The notes beneath the pieces were generated by a model. It saw only the letters and a program-made list of their open reading frames with translations. It had not been told where the DNA came from and ran no database searches. DNA of 64,000 nt from Bacillota bacterium (GTDB lineage Bacteria; Bacillota; Clostridia; Acetivibrionales; JANLFN01): assembly GCA_023421675.1 (NCBI GenBank), contig JAEZTC010000001.1, positions 31,388 to 95,387 of the forward strand. The letters run 5' to 3'. Below, piece after piece: positions 48,591-59,406 of this stretch (positions within the stretch are counted from its first letter, which is position 1; each line of letters opens with the position of its first letter). Position numbers and translations under genes: made by a program.

Positions 48591-49259
48591 ATGAAAATCA
48601 TTAATAAACCTGAATTTTTGAAAAGAAGTGTTGAAACGCTTGAAGAAATATTTGATATGCTAACAAAGCTTCCGGCTATACAGCTGAAAGATTTACAGGG
48701 GAAGCAAACAGCGCTTGTTATAGTTGATATGATAAACGGGTTTGCCAGGGAAGGTGCATTAATGAGTCCAAGAGTGGAAGGATTGATTCCTGGAATAGTA
48801 AAATTGTCAGAGGACTGTGACCAATTGAATATTACAAAGCTTGCATTCGCAGACTGCCATACAAAGGCTTCACCGGAATTTGATGCTTATCCGGTACATT
48901 GTATGGAAGGAACAAATGAAGGGAAAATCGTTGATGAACTTATAGAAGTCGGGGGTTATAACCTTATTCCAAAAAACTCTACAAATGGCTTTATAGAAGA
49001 AGAATTTCAGAAGTGGTTAAAGAAAAACGAACATATAAATAACTTCATAATTGTCGGTGACTGTACCGATATCTGTGTACAGCAATTTGCAATAACACTA
49101 AAGACTTGGTTCAATATGCAAAATAAAAAGGTAAGAGTGATAGTTCCTTTAAATGCAGTTGAAACTTATGATCTCGGGATACACAATGGCGATTTAATGA
49201 ATGTAATGGCACTGTACAATATGATAATTAATGGGGTAGAAGTGGTTCGGAACGTATGA
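48591..49259 (+). CDS. isochorismatase-family hydrolase, putative nicotinamidase
   Basis: ALVIVDMINGF and GDCTDICV motifs. Adjacent to pncB. RBS is GAGAGGAGAG. Confidence 0.75.
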   Translation: MKIINKPEFLKRSVETLEEIFDMLTKLPAIQLKDLQGKQTALVIVDMINGFAREGALMSPRVEGLIPGIVKLSEDCDQLNITKLAFADCHTKASPEFDAYPVHCMEGTNEGKIVDELIEVGGYNLIPKNSTNGFIEEEFQKWLKKNEHINNFIIVGDCTDICVQQFAITLKTWFNMQNKKVRVIVPLNAVETYDLGIHNGDLMNVMALYNMIINGVEVVRNV

Positions 49260-49341
49260 TAAGAATCACTCTGCGGCGTCAGATTTTACTTGTGCGCTGC
49301 TCATATATAAAAAATAAACCCCGTTGAAGGGAGACATTAAA

Positions 49342-50784
49342 ATGAACAAGATGAATTTAACTATGCTGACAGATTTTTATGAGTTAACTATGGCAAATGG
49401 ATATTTTCAGAATAATTTGAAAGAAAAACAAGCCTATTTCGATATGTTTTTCAGAAAGGTCCCGGATAACGGCGGCTATGCGATAATGGCTGGAGTTGAG
49501 CAGCTTATACAGTATCTTAAAAACCTTAAGTTTGATGATAAAGATATAGAATACCTCAGAAGTAAAAAAATGTTTAGTGAAGAATTTTTGCAGTACCTCA
49601 GAACTTTTAAGTTCAGCTGTGATGTTTGGGCTATACCTGAAGGTACTCCTATATTTCCAAATGAGCCGGTCGTAACTGTGAGAGGACCTGTAATTGAAGC
49701 CCAGTTTATTGAAACGATGATTCTGCTAACAATAAACCATCAAAGTCTGATAGCAACAAAGGCAAACCGTATTGTCAGAGCTGCGCAAGGAAGAAATGTT
49801 ATGGAGTTTGGCTCAAGAAGGGCGCAGGGCTATGACGGGGCTATCTATGGTGCAAGGGCTGCATACATAGGTGGGTGTGTTGGTACTGCATGCACCATTG
49901 CAGAGAGAGAATATGATATTCCGGCTATTGGTACAATGGCGCATAGCTGGATTCAGATGTTTCCAACCGAATTGGAGGCTTTCCGTGCTTATGCTTTGAC
50001 ATATCCCGATAGTTGTACGCTTCTTGTAGATACCTATAGTGTATTAAAATCGGGTGTTCCTAACGCAATAAAAGTATTTAGCGAGGAAATAGTTCCAAGG
50101 GGATTCAGACCCAAGGGAATAAGGATTGATAGCGGTGACATTACATATCTTTCAAGGGAAGCAAGAAAAATGCTGGATGAAGCTGGGTTCAGTGACTGTA
50201 AAATCGTTGCATCAAACTCACTCGACGAATTTATTATAAGAGATATTCTTGTCCAAGGTGCACAGGTGGATTTATTCGGTGTTGGGGAACGCTTAATCAC
50301 TTCAAAGTCAGAGCCTGTATTTGGTGGGGTTTACAAGCTGGTGGCAGTTGAAGAAAATAGTGTAATGATTCCTAAAATAAAGCTTAGTGAAAATGTAGGG
50401 AAAATAACCAATCCGGGATTTAAACAGGCTTGGAGGCTATTTGACAAGGTGAGCGGAAAAGCAATTGCAGACGTACTTACAACTAATGAAGAGATTATAG
50501 ATGAAAACAAGCCTTATGAACTATTTGATCCAGAATATACATGGAAAAGAAAGACTATTACCAACTTTTCTGCAAAAAGACTTCTAACCAGGATTTTTGA
50601 TAAGGGAGCATGTGTATATGAAAATCCGAGGTTAAGCGAAATTAAAAGCTACTGCAAAGAGCAGATTGATACATTGTGGGATGAGGTAAAAAGATTTGAA
50701 AACCCTCACAAATACTATGTAGATTTGTCAAAGAAATTGTGGGAGATGAAGGAAAGGCTATTACAGGAGTATTCGGTGAAATAG
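49342..50784 (+). CDS. pncB: nicotinate phosphoribosyltransferase
   Basis: LTMLTDFYELTMANGYF start, GTMAHSWIQMF, and the length are all typical of NAPRTase. Confidence 0.9.
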   Translation: MNKMNLTMLTDFYELTMANGYFQNNLKEKQAYFDMFFRKVPDNGGYAIMAGVEQLIQYLKNLKFDDKDIEYLRSKKMFSEEFLQYLRTFKFSCDVWAIPEGTPIFPNEPVVTVRGPVIEAQFIETMILLTINHQSLIATKANRIVRAAQGRNVMEFGSRRAQGYDGAIYGARAAYIGGCVGTACTIAEREYDIPAIGTMAHSWIQMFPTELEAFRAYALTYPDSCTLLVDTYSVLKSGVPNAIKVFSEEIVPRGFRPKGIRIDSGDITYLSREARKMLDEAGFSDCKIVASNSLDEFIIRDILVQGAQVDLFGVGERLITSKSEPVFGGVYKLVAVEENSVMIPKIKLSENVGKITNPGFKQAWRLFDKVSGKAIADVLTTNEEIIDENKPYELFDPEYTWKRKTITNFSAKRLLTRIFDKGACVYENPRLSEIKSYCKEQIDTLWDEVKRFENPHKYYVDLSKKLWEMKERLLQEYSVK

Positions 50785-50942
50785 AATAATAGAGTGAGAT
50801 AATATCATGAATAACCTGTTATTGAGAAGACCAACGGTTAATTATAAGAGTACATTATTGTTGAAAAGAGAATACAATATCAAAGTTTGAAAGTAATTCA
50901 AATTGAATAATTTTCTTAAAAAAGAAGGGGAGATATACAGTG

Positions 50943-51287
50943 ATGAAAGATTTTCCTGAATTTATGAAGAATCCAAAGAACCGTGTGCCCGGGAGTGCAC
51001 AGAACACAGAGGACATTGAAGGGTATTACTATGAAGGACCGGGAGGCGGGCAGATGGCTTTCTGGACCTGTAATTCTGATAGAGTATCCAAAAAGCACAA
51101 GCACGATTTTGACGAGTACACAGTCGTAGTGTCAGGACAGTATGTTGCATGCTTTGAAGACAAGGAAATAATCCTTAATCCTGGTGATGAGCTGTTCGTC
51201 CCGGCAGGTACTCTGCAGTGGGGCAGATGCATAGCCGGAACAAGAACAATTCATGCTTTTGGTGGTAAAAGAATAAAAACAGAGTAA
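50943..51287 (+). CDS. cupin-domain protein
   Basis: Small single-cupin pattern (HKHDFDEYTVVVSGQY...PGDELFVPAG). Confidence 0.6.
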   Translation: MKDFPEFMKNPKNRVPGSAQNTEDIEGYYYEGPGGGQMAFWTCNSDRVSKKHKHDFDEYTVVVSGQYVACFEDKEIILNPGDELFVPAGTLQWGRCIAGTRTIHAFGGKRIKTE

Positions 51288-51494
51288 ATTATTTATTTTT
51301 TCTAATACAGAACAACAAATAATGATTTGTAAATTTTAGAGGGCACAGATACCATTCTGTTGCTCTTTTCTTTTAAAATCGCCTTTAGACATGTTAATAA
51401 CTCCTATTTTAGATAGTTTGAATAAAATAGCAATTATCGAAATATAATATATTTCAGAGTATGACCATTCTTTTTTCATTAAAGGAGAAGAAGT

Positions 51495-52085
51495 ATGGAG
51501 TTAAGAGGAAGTAAAACCTATGAGAATTTAATGAGGGCATTCGCTGGAGAGAGCCAAGCAAGAAATAGATATAACATTGCTGCATCTGCAGCGAAGAAGG
51601 AAGGGTTTCAAGTCATTGAGGCAGTATTTAATTATACTGCAGATCAGGAAAGAGCTCATACTAAGGTATTCTATCAAAAGCTAAAGGAATTTGCGGGAGA
51701 TACTATAAGCATATGCGGAGGATACCCTATCGACCTTTATGATAACACTGTGAAGGCCCTAAGGGCTGCCCAACATAATGAACTGGAGGAATGGGATAAA
51801 GTATATAAGGGTTTTGGTAAAGAAGCAAGGGACGAAGGATTTACATCCATCGCTTATATCTTCGAAGCTATTGCAGCAATTGAAAAGACTCATGCAGACC
51901 GATTTGGCAGAATTGCGGATGAACTGGAAGGAGGTAACTTCTTCAGAAAAAATGAGGAAATTGCCTGGATATGTACCAATTGCGGGCATATCCATATAGG
52001 GAAGGAAGCTCCGGAGGTTTGCAGTGTTTGTCAACATCCACAAGGATTTTTCATGCCATTTGCAGAATCTTTTGCAGAAAAATAA
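51495..52085 (+). CDS. rbr: rubrerythrin
   Basis: Ferritin-like diiron ExxH motifs plus a C-terminal rubredoxin domain (CTNCGH...CSVCQHP). Confidence 0.9.
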   Translation: MELRGSKTYENLMRAFAGESQARNRYNIAASAAKKEGFQVIEAVFNYTADQERAHTKVFYQKLKEFAGDTISICGGYPIDLYDNTVKALRAAQHNELEEWDKVYKGFGKEARDEGFTSIAYIFEAIAAIEKTHADRFGRIADELEGGNFFRKNEEIAWICTNCGHIHIGKEAPEVCSVCQHPQGFFMPFAESFAEK

Positions 52086-52137
52086 TATCATTCGCCAGAT
52101 ATATGGAAATAAATAAAAAATTTTATCAGAAAGGTAT

Positions 52138-52941
52138 TTACTCCTGCTTTTTTAGGCTGTTTCTGAATTCGGTAGGGGTCATTCCACTGTATGTTTTAAA
52201 TACACGGTTAAAGTTCCTGATGCTTTCGAAGCCGCATTCTAAAGCTATTGTGGCTATATTTGAATCTGTTGTTACTAATAAGCTCTGCGCCATATTTATA
52301 CGAAGCTTATTTATATAATCATTAAACTGTTCGCCTATTTTGTGGTTAAATATGCGTGATATATGAAATTTACTGAATCCTAAATCCTTTGCTGTGTTTT
52401 CGAGAGTTATATTCTCATAGAAACGGCTGCCTATATATCTTAAAAGCTTCTGAATTGTAGTATCATGAAGCTGTTTACCGTCTTTAAAAACAAAAATCTT
52501 ATCCAGTTTGCCGAAAATAGAATACAAAAGACCTTTAATCACATATTGATTCCTGTCCTTTAAATCTTCAGCCAAAAGCATATTAAGCAGATAATTAATT
52601 TCTTCATCAAAGGAATCTTTCTTAAAAAACGGGTCAGCCAGGGTTTTACCCAAGCACTTGCTGAAATAACTCCTGACAATATCCGGAGAAAAGACAATTA
52701 TCATAAGTTTACAGTCGGATATACTGCTGTAACTATGGACATCGTTCGGAAAGCATAAGACCATATCCCCTTTTTTTAGTTCCTTCTTGTTATAGTTTAC
52801 CGATATGATTGTTTCACCTTCTACAATATATGCAAGCTCCATATGTGAATGAAGGTGAAGAGGAAAGTTGAAATTTTCTACAATTTGCAGCCTGAAATCG
52901 AAAGGCTCATTTGTGATTGCTGTCTCGTAATAGGGATACAT
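52138..52941 (-). CDS. AraC-family transcriptional regulator (cupin sensor plus AraC HTH)
   Basis: C-terminal AraC HTH signature (IATIALECGFESIRNFNRVFKTYSGMTPTEFR). Confidence 0.85.
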   Translation of the reverse strand: MYPYYETAITNEPFDFRLQIVENFNFPLHLHSHMELAYIVEGETIISVNYNKKELKKGDMVLCFPNDVHSYSSISDCKLMIIVFSPDIVRSYFSKCLGKTLADPFFKKDSFDEEINYLLNMLLAEDLKDRNQYVIKGLLYSIFGKLDKIFVFKDGKQLHDTTIQKLLRYIGSRFYENITLENTAKDLGFSKFHISRIFNHKIGEQFNDYINKLRINMAQSLLVTTDSNIATIALECGFESIRNFNRVFKTYSGMTPTEFRNSLKKQE

Positions 52942-53058
52942 GACTTATCTCCATAGTTTTAATAGACTTGCACTGTTTATTTTAATATACCATCACACAG
53001 CAATGTATGTCCATATTCAAAAGCATCACCCAAGCTGGGACATATATTTAGTTGCCTT

Positions 53059-54003
53059 TTAATAAAGGCATTTGTCACAAATAAGGACTTTTTTATCAGT
53101 AGCGTCGAGTTCCACTTCGACGCCTATTGGCAGTATGATTGATGGGCATGTATGGCTGCAATCGAACTCTGATAATACTGGGATATCTGTATCGCCTAAA
53201 ACCTCCAGTAAAATATCGTGAGGCATTTTACCGCACCCCTCGTCATTAAATGCATTATGTTTACCCAATATAATTCCGCTTATCTTATCGAAAACATTGT
53301 TAAGTTTAAGAAAAGAAAAACTTCTTTCTACAATAGAAGCAGTCTTATCAGTATCTTCAATAAAGAGAATGTCACCTTCCCTAATTTCCGGCATATATTT
53401 GCTGCCCCAAATTCCTGTAATAGTATTTAAATTTCCACCAATCAGTCTGCCCCTTGATTTTCCTTTACGGGCTGTTATCCATTTATCTGATTGTAAGGAT
53501 GGAAGCAAGCATGAGTATGGAATTTTTGGGATATCGAGAAACATGTTTTTGAAATACTCATACCTAAGGTCGGATAGTCCAACATTGCCAAATGATAGAA
53601 AATCAAGACCATAAAAGGTTGTAATGCCTGTCATAGCATAAATGCCTAACAAAATTGCGGTAATATCTGAAAATCCAATAACTATTTTGGGATTATTCAA
53701 AAGTGACTTGTAATCAATATAAGGAAGAATAGAATTTGATACCCAGCCTCCACAGGATGACATAATACAGTTTATATTTTTGTTTTGTACCAAGGAATTA
53801 AACTCTTCAACCCTTTCTTTGATTGAACCGGATCTGTAATGATCGTATTTCCCGGTAAGCTTTCCTTCACATATATGAAATCCTTTATTCTGAAAATATA
53901 TCTTTGAATTCTCATACTCTTCTGCATATGTAAATGTTGCCGGGGATGATGCAGAAAATACCCCGATTGTGTCACCTTCGTTCAATTTTCTTAAAAAGTT
54001 CAT
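53059..54003 (-). CDS. LD-carboxypeptidase (S66 family, LdcA/MccF-like)
   Basis: N-terminal GDTIGVFSASSPA, the family catalytic Ser region, and the length. RBS is AGGAGTG. Confidence 0.75.
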   Translation of the reverse strand: MNFLRKLNEGDTIGVFSASSPATFTYAEEYENSKIYFQNKGFHICEGKLTGKYDHYRSGSIKERVEEFNSLVQNKNINCIMSSCGGWVSNSILPYIDYKSLLNNPKIVIGFSDITAILLGIYAMTGITTFYGLDFLSFGNVGLSDLRYEYFKNMFLDIPKIPYSCLLPSLQSDKWITARKGKSRGRLIGGNLNTITGIWGSKYMPEIREGDILFIEDTDKTASIVERSFSFLKLNNVFDKISGIILGKHNAFNDEGCGKMPHDILLEVLGDTDIPVLSEFDCSHTCPSIILPIGVEVELDATDKKVLICDKCLY

Positions 54004-54094
54004 TGTTTTATCACTCCTAATCTAAATGAATGCGCTGCTTTTAGACTGAATTTATTTATAAAGGTTATACGGTTTTGATGTGTGAGGTCAATTC

Positions 54095-55030
54095 TTAAAC
54101 CATTTTTGTTGAGTGAAGTAGCAGTTTATGAAGCTTTGCTCCAAAATTAAAAATTATCATTCCGGTTAAAATAACCAGGCCGCCTACAATTGTCGGAAGA
54201 TCTGGTTGTTCCCCTGTAAAAACAAATCCCAGCAGAGATGTTAATAACGGAGTAATAAACATATAGTTACTGACAAGAGATGCTTGTTTTGCCTTTTTAA
54301 AAGCTAGAGCCCATGCAACATAAGCCATTGCACTTGAAAAAGCCCCGAGGATTACTATGTAAAGCAGCTGGATAGGTGGGGCAGTGCTTACTTCTTGGAC
54401 GGATGCAGGGAGAAATACAGCAAGCATAACTGCTCCAGCGAAAATACTGAATGCAGAAACCTGCAGCCCTGAATAGGCTTTTGTGAGCTTGCGTTGTAGT
54501 ATATTATAAATTCCTAGAGAGATAGCTGCAAGAAGCAGCCAAAGAATTCCATGATTTAGCGAAAAATTATGATTCATCTGTGTCATCACAACAACACCTG
54601 AAAATTCTATTAAGCTTGCTGCCCATTGAAAACTGCTTAATTTTTCCTTATAAAAAATCCTGGCTAACAGTGCTGTAATGACCGGCACAGTTGCGATAAT
54701 AACGCTGCTGGTGGCAGCTGTCACTGTTTCACACCCTTTATTAAAAGCAATCATATAAAGAAAGAATCCAAAAAAGCCTGCTGCAAAAAACCATTTCATG
54801 TCAGCCCTTTTAGGTATTTTAATTTTTGCAGTAATTGCTATGGTAAGCAATACACAGGATGCGGTAAAATAGCGAAGAAAGCCCAGGGAAAATGGTGAAA
54901 AGTATTCCAGGCTCAGCCGTGTAAGAACATAAGCCAGTGACCAGAAGAGAATGGTAACGCTTGCGTACGGGTGAAAACTGTTGCTGAATTTCATAGTATT
55001 TTTGCCCCATTTACAAAATTTATTATTCAT
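54095..55030 (-). CDS. DMT-superfamily (EamA) transporter
   Basis: About 10 TM helices and a two-EamA-repeat layout. Start uncertain. Confidence 0.75.
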   Translation of the reverse strand: MNNKFCKWGKNTMKFSNSFHPYASVTILFWSLAYVLTRLSLEYFSPFSLGFLRYFTASCVLLTIAITAKIKIPKRADMKWFFAAGFFGFFLYMIAFNKGCETVTAATSSVIIATVPVITALLARIFYKEKLSSFQWAASLIEFSGVVVMTQMNHNFSLNHGILWLLLAAISLGIYNILQRKLTKAYSGLQVSAFSIFAGAVMLAVFLPASVQEVSTAPPIQLLYIVILGAFSSAMAYVAWALAFKKAKQASLVSNYMFITPLLTSLLGFVFTGEQPDLPTIVGGLVILTGMIIFNFGAKLHKLLLHSTKMV

Positions 55031-55072
55031 TTATAATAAAACCATAAACTACTGGCTCATAAAAGTACCAAT

Positions 55073-56509
55073 TTGAAACACACTTTATTGAGCCGGTTTT
55101 TAATGTGGGGTGTGGTTATACTATTTATTGAGATTGATAAAGACCAGAAACGTTCTATAGCAAACCAAATTTATCTGCAGGTACGGAAAAAAATTCTATT
55201 CGGAGAACTAAAATCTGGGGAACGTCTTCCTTCTACAAGAGAACTGTCCAATGAGCTCCATGTATCAAGGAATACAGTTTTGACAGCCTATGATATGCTT
55301 GTATCCGAAGGTTTTGTAGATAGCTTGCCTGGCTCAGGAAATTATGTTAGCGAGGGTACGTCTAAACAACTGCCGGAGCCGCCTGTATCTGACTTATATA
55401 CAGCCTCTCTTTCTGCTGAAAGGATATCAAATGATGTAATCAATTTTGACAGTGGAATCCCTGCACTGGATTTATTCCCTAGAAGCAGATGGGAGCGTTT
55501 TGTTATGCGTTCGTTTATGGAAGCTCCTATATCAGCCCTTGGATACGATGATCCGCAGGGTAGACCAGAGATGCGGGAGGTGCTGGCTGCCTATCTTGAG
55601 AAATCGAGAGGAATTCACTGCAGCCCGGATCAAATCATTATCACGTCAGGTGCAAAGCAGGGTTTGACGCTTCTCGCAAAATGCCTTCTTGATCAGGAAA
55701 GCGAGGTTTGGCTGGAAGAACCGTGCAATGCCAATGTAAGGCAAATTTTTTCCTATCATACAAAACACATTATGCCAATTGAGGTTGACAGAGAGGGTAT
55801 CCGGACAGAACAATTGCTGCATGGTGGGAAACCTACGCTCATCTTCGCCACACCTTCCCATCAGTTTCCCTTGGGGGGAATAATGTCAATTCAAAGAAGG
55901 TTGGAGCTTACACGGTTTGCACAGCGGTGCGGGTGCTTTATAGTGGAGGATGACTATGACAGTGAATTCAGATATGACAATATTCCTGTCCGTTCTTTAT
56001 TTGAGCTTGACAGTGAGCATGTCATTTATGTCGGAACATTCAGCAAAGTAATGTTCCCATCCCTGCGGTTAGGCTATCTTGTACTGCCATATTCTCTTAT
56101 TAAGCAATGTCTTGAGTGGAAGCGCCTTGCAGATCATCACTCCAATTCCATTAACCAACTGGCTTTGATGCGCTTTATTGAAAGTGGGGAATTGGAGAGA
56201 CACATTTCGCGAATGAAAAAGATTTATTACACACGGCGATGTGCTCTGCTGGAATTATTGAGTTTCTACTTTCAGGGACAGGTAAGCATTTATGGTGAAT
56301 CGGCAGGAATGCACATTACAGCTGGGTTTGAGGGGACCACTTTTTCTCCGAACCTTATTGAACGTATAACAGATAAGGGCGTCTATATTGTACCGGTAGA
56401 GAAACATTCTATGTTAGGCGGGCATATTGATAAGGTAATTATGGGATATGCACAGCTTAAGCCTGAAGAAATGGAGAAGGGCCTTTTAAGACTTAAACAA
56501 TGTATCTAG
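55073..56509 (+). CDS. MocR/GntR-family regulator with PLP-dependent aminotransferase domain
   Basis: GntR HTH (GERLPSTRELSNELHVSRNTV) plus an aminotransferase-fold body (SKVMFPSLRLGY). Divergent from the EamA transporter, a classic pairing. Start uncertain. Confidence 0.8.
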   Translation: MKHTLLSRFLMWGVVILFIEIDKDQKRSIANQIYLQVRKKILFGELKSGERLPSTRELSNELHVSRNTVLTAYDMLVSEGFVDSLPGSGNYVSEGTSKQLPEPPVSDLYTASLSAERISNDVINFDSGIPALDLFPRSRWERFVMRSFMEAPISALGYDDPQGRPEMREVLAAYLEKSRGIHCSPDQIIITSGAKQGLTLLAKCLLDQESEVWLEEPCNANVRQIFSYHTKHIMPIEVDREGIRTEQLLHGGKPTLIFATPSHQFPLGGIMSIQRRLELTRFAQRCGCFIVEDDYDSEFRYDNIPVRSLFELDSEHVIYVGTFSKVMFPSLRLGYLVLPYSLIKQCLEWKRLADHHSNSINQLALMRFIESGELERHISRMKKIYYTRRCALLELLSFYFQGQVSIYGESAGMHITAGFEGTTFSPNLIERITDKGVYIVPVEKHSMLGGHIDKVIMGYAQLKPEEMEKGLLRLKQCI

Positions 56510-56624
56510 AAATCCGTCCCTTTCTCACCTATTTAAACTGCAAATACATTAATGTATAATAAATATAAAATTTAAGGCACAAGCAATATAATTTAAGTTA
56601 TTTTAATTAATGGGGGAATTTTAT

Positions 56625-58106
56625 ATGAACAATATTCCAAAAGTAAAGCTTGGAATTGTAGCTGTAAGCAGAGACTGCTTTCCGGTAGAACTGAGCAAGG
56701 AGAGAAGAAAGGCTGTTGCAAAAACTTGTTCCGGTAAAGGGATTGAAATATTTCAGGCAGATACAGTTGTAGAGAATGAAAAGGATATGCTTAAAGCTCT
56801 TGAAGAAATAAATACTGCAGGGGTTAATGCATTGGTAGTATACTTGGGTAACTTTGGACCTGAAGGACCTGAAACGTTATTGGCACAAAAGTTTTCCGGA
56901 CCTTCAATGTTTGTAGCTGCTGCTGAAGAGACTGAAACCAATCTTGTAAGCGGACGCGGAGACGCTTACTGCGGTATGCTCAATGCTTCTTATAATCTGG
57001 GTCTAAGAAATATGAACCCATATATCCCGGAATATCCTGTAGGTACGCCGGATGATATTACAGAAATGATTATGGATTTTGAAAATATCGCAAGAGTTAT
57101 GCTGGGTATTTCAAAGTTAAAAATATTCAGTTTCGGGCCAAGACCACAGGACTTTCTGGCGTGTAATGCTCCTATCAAGCCTTTATTTGATTTGGGAGTA
57201 GAAATTATGGAGAATTCTGAACTTGATTTGTTTGAAGCTTTCAATAACCATGCAAATGACCCGAGAATACCTGCGGTTGTAAAAGAAATGGAAGCCGAAC
57301 TGGGCAGCGGAAACGGTTATCCGGGAATTCTGCCAAAGCTTGCGCAGTATGAACTTACATTGAGGGATTGGGCTGAAAATAACAAGGGTGCATCAGAATA
57401 TGTCGCATTTGCAAATAAATGCTGGCCTGCATTCCAGACCCAGTTTGGTTTTGTTCCGTGCTATGTGAATTCAAGGCTTGCATCAGTTGGAATACCTGTA
57501 GCTTGCGAAACCGATATTTATGGTGCGTTAAGCGAGTACATAATTACATGCGCAACTCAGCTTCCTGCCACTCTTCTTGATATAAACAATACTGTTCCAA
57601 AGGACATGTATGAAAACAATAAGGATAAATTTGAAGGTTATACGCTTAAAGACCTGTTTATGGGCTTCCACTGCGGGAATACTCCTTCAAGCTGCATGAA
57701 GAACTGTGCAATGAAGTACCAGCTTATAATGCACAGACTGCTTGAGCCTGATAAGGAACCTGACATATCCAGAGGAACCCTGGAAGGTACCATAAAACCA
57801 GGAGAGATAACATTTTTCAGATTACAGACCACAGCAGACTGCAAACTGAAAAGCTATGTGGCAGAAGGGGAAATAATTGATGTTGATCCTAAATCATTTG
57901 GAGCTATAGGTGTATTTGCAATTAAAGAAATGGCAAGGTTCTACAGACATGTACTTATTGCTAAAAGGTATCCTCACCATGGCGGTGTTGCATTCAAACA
58001 TATCGGAAAGGTACTGTTCGCTGTTATGAAACTTCTGAAGATAGAAGACGTAGCCTTTAACCAGCCGACAGCAATGCTTTATAAGGATGAAAACCCGTTT
58101 AAATAA
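56625..58106 (+). CDS. L-fucose/L-arabinose isomerase-family protein
   Basis: 493 aa. The FucI-like layout is an inference from length and N-terminal pattern. Confidence 0.55.
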   Translation: MNNIPKVKLGIVAVSRDCFPVELSKERRKAVAKTCSGKGIEIFQADTVVENEKDMLKALEEINTAGVNALVVYLGNFGPEGPETLLAQKFSGPSMFVAAAEETETNLVSGRGDAYCGMLNASYNLGLRNMNPYIPEYPVGTPDDITEMIMDFENIARVMLGISKLKIFSFGPRPQDFLACNAPIKPLFDLGVEIMENSELDLFEAFNNHANDPRIPAVVKEMEAELGSGNGYPGILPKLAQYELTLRDWAENNKGASEYVAFANKCWPAFQTQFGFVPCYVNSRLASVGIPVACETDIYGALSEYIITCATQLPATLLDINNTVPKDMYENNKDKFEGYTLKDLFMGFHCGNTPSSCMKNCAMKYQLIMHRLLEPDKEPDISRGTLEGTIKPGEITFFRLQTTADCKLKSYVAEGEIIDVDPKSFGAIGVFAIKEMARFYRHVLIAKRYPHHGGVAFKHIGKVLFAVMKLLKIEDVAFNQPTAMLYKDENPFK

Positions 58107-58144
58107 GGATTTAAATTAAATAAAAGGCTTTAAAAACTGTAAAA

Positions 58145-58178
58145 AGGGTTGTGTTTATAAGAGCACAACCCTTTTTTA
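58145..58178 (+). terminator. rho-independent terminator
   Basis: AGGGTTGTG-tttataagag-CACAACCCT stem followed by TTTTTTAT. Confidence 0.8.
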
Positions 58179-58366
58179 TGCCTTTGCAAGAATGTGGTAA
58201 TAAATATTACTTTATTCTAACCTTTTTTCTAAAAACAAATATGTTCTGAATCGTAAAACATTGTAACTTTACAAAAATTTAATCAATTGTTATGTCCATT
58301 TAATAGTTTTATAATAAATATATCTCTTTAAAGTATCGGCAAAAATTAAGAATATGGGGGTTAACA

Positions 58367-59371
58367 ATGAAAAGGCTTGTAAAGTTTTCAGCTTGTATCA
58401 TTTTGCTATTTTTATTAGCATCTTCAATCTCCTGTTCAACGCAAAAAAGCAGCACTGTCGACAGTACTACGCTTGAGAAAACAACCCAGAAAAAAATCGT
58501 TCTAGGTTTTTCACAGCTGGGAGACGAAAGTGATTGGCGTGCTGCAAATACAGAATCTATAAAGTCAGCAGCAAAAAAAGCAGGTATTGAACTAAAGTTT
58601 TCAAATGCTTATCAAAAGCAGGATGAACAGATAAAAGCAATCAGATCATTTATTGCTCAGCAGGTTGATGTAATAGCTTTTTCACCTTTCGTGGAGAGTG
58701 GATGGGACTCGGTATTAAAGGAAGCAAAAGTTGCAAATATTCCTGTAGTCATACTGGACAGAAGTATTGAGATAACGGATGAATCACTTTATGTTACTTA
58801 TATAGGCTCCGATTTTGAGGAAGAAGGAAGGAAAGCCGGAAGATGGCTTCTTGAGAAAACAAAGGGTTTAAAAGGAGACATTAATGTAGTTGAGATAGAG
58901 GGAAATGCCGGCTCAACGCCGGCAATAGGGCGTAAAAAAGGCTTTGAGGAAACCATAAAAGAAAATCCGAATATAAAAATCTTATTATCCCAGTCGGGAG
59001 ATTTCATGGAATCTAAAGGAAAGGAAGTAATGGAATTCTTCCTCAAAATGAAGGGTAACAATATTAATTATCTTTTTGCTCATAATGATGATATGGCTCT
59101 GGGCGCTGTTGAAGCCATACAGGAGTATGGGCTGAAACCCGGAAATGATATAAAAATCGTATCAGTTGACGCAAATAGGGCAGCTTTTGAAGCTATGGTT
59201 GCAGGAAAAATCAATTGTACGGTAGAATGCAACCCACTTCAGGGACCTCAGCTTATGGAAACTGTTAAGGATATTATTAATGGTAAAGCTGTTCCCAAAA
59301 GAATACTTATTGACGAAGGTATATTCCCGGAAGAATCTGCAGCAGTTGAGCTTCTTAACCGCAAATATTAA
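58367..59371 (+). CDS. periplasmic sugar-binding lipoprotein (LacI/RbsB-type fold)
   Basis: Lipobox ASSISC. ESDWRAANTESIKSAAKKAG is shared with the second binding protein at 63012. RBS is GGGGG. Confidence 0.8.
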   Translation: MKRLVKFSACIILLFLLASSISCSTQKSSTVDSTTLEKTTQKKIVLGFSQLGDESDWRAANTESIKSAAKKAGIELKFSNAYQKQDEQIKAIRSFIAQQVDVIAFSPFVESGWDSVLKEAKVANIPVVILDRSIEITDESLYVTYIGSDFEEEGRKAGRWLLEKTKGLKGDINVVEIEGNAGSTPAIGRKKGFEETIKENPNIKILLSQSGDFMESKGKEVMEFFLKMKGNNINYLFAHNDDMALGAVEAIQEYGLKPGNDIKIVSVDANRAAFEAMVAGKINCTVECNPLQGPQLMETVKDIINGKAVPKRILIDEGIFPEESAAVELLNRKY

Positions 59372-59406
59372 ACTGTTAAATCTAGGTACCAGCCTTTTAA
59401 ATCATC

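Noticed and set aside
51400-51494. PerR/Fur-type box upstream of rubrerythrin
   Set aside because: An AT-rich AATTATCGAAATATAAT is present but does not match the 7-1-7 TTATAAT-N-ATTATAA consensus well enough to call.
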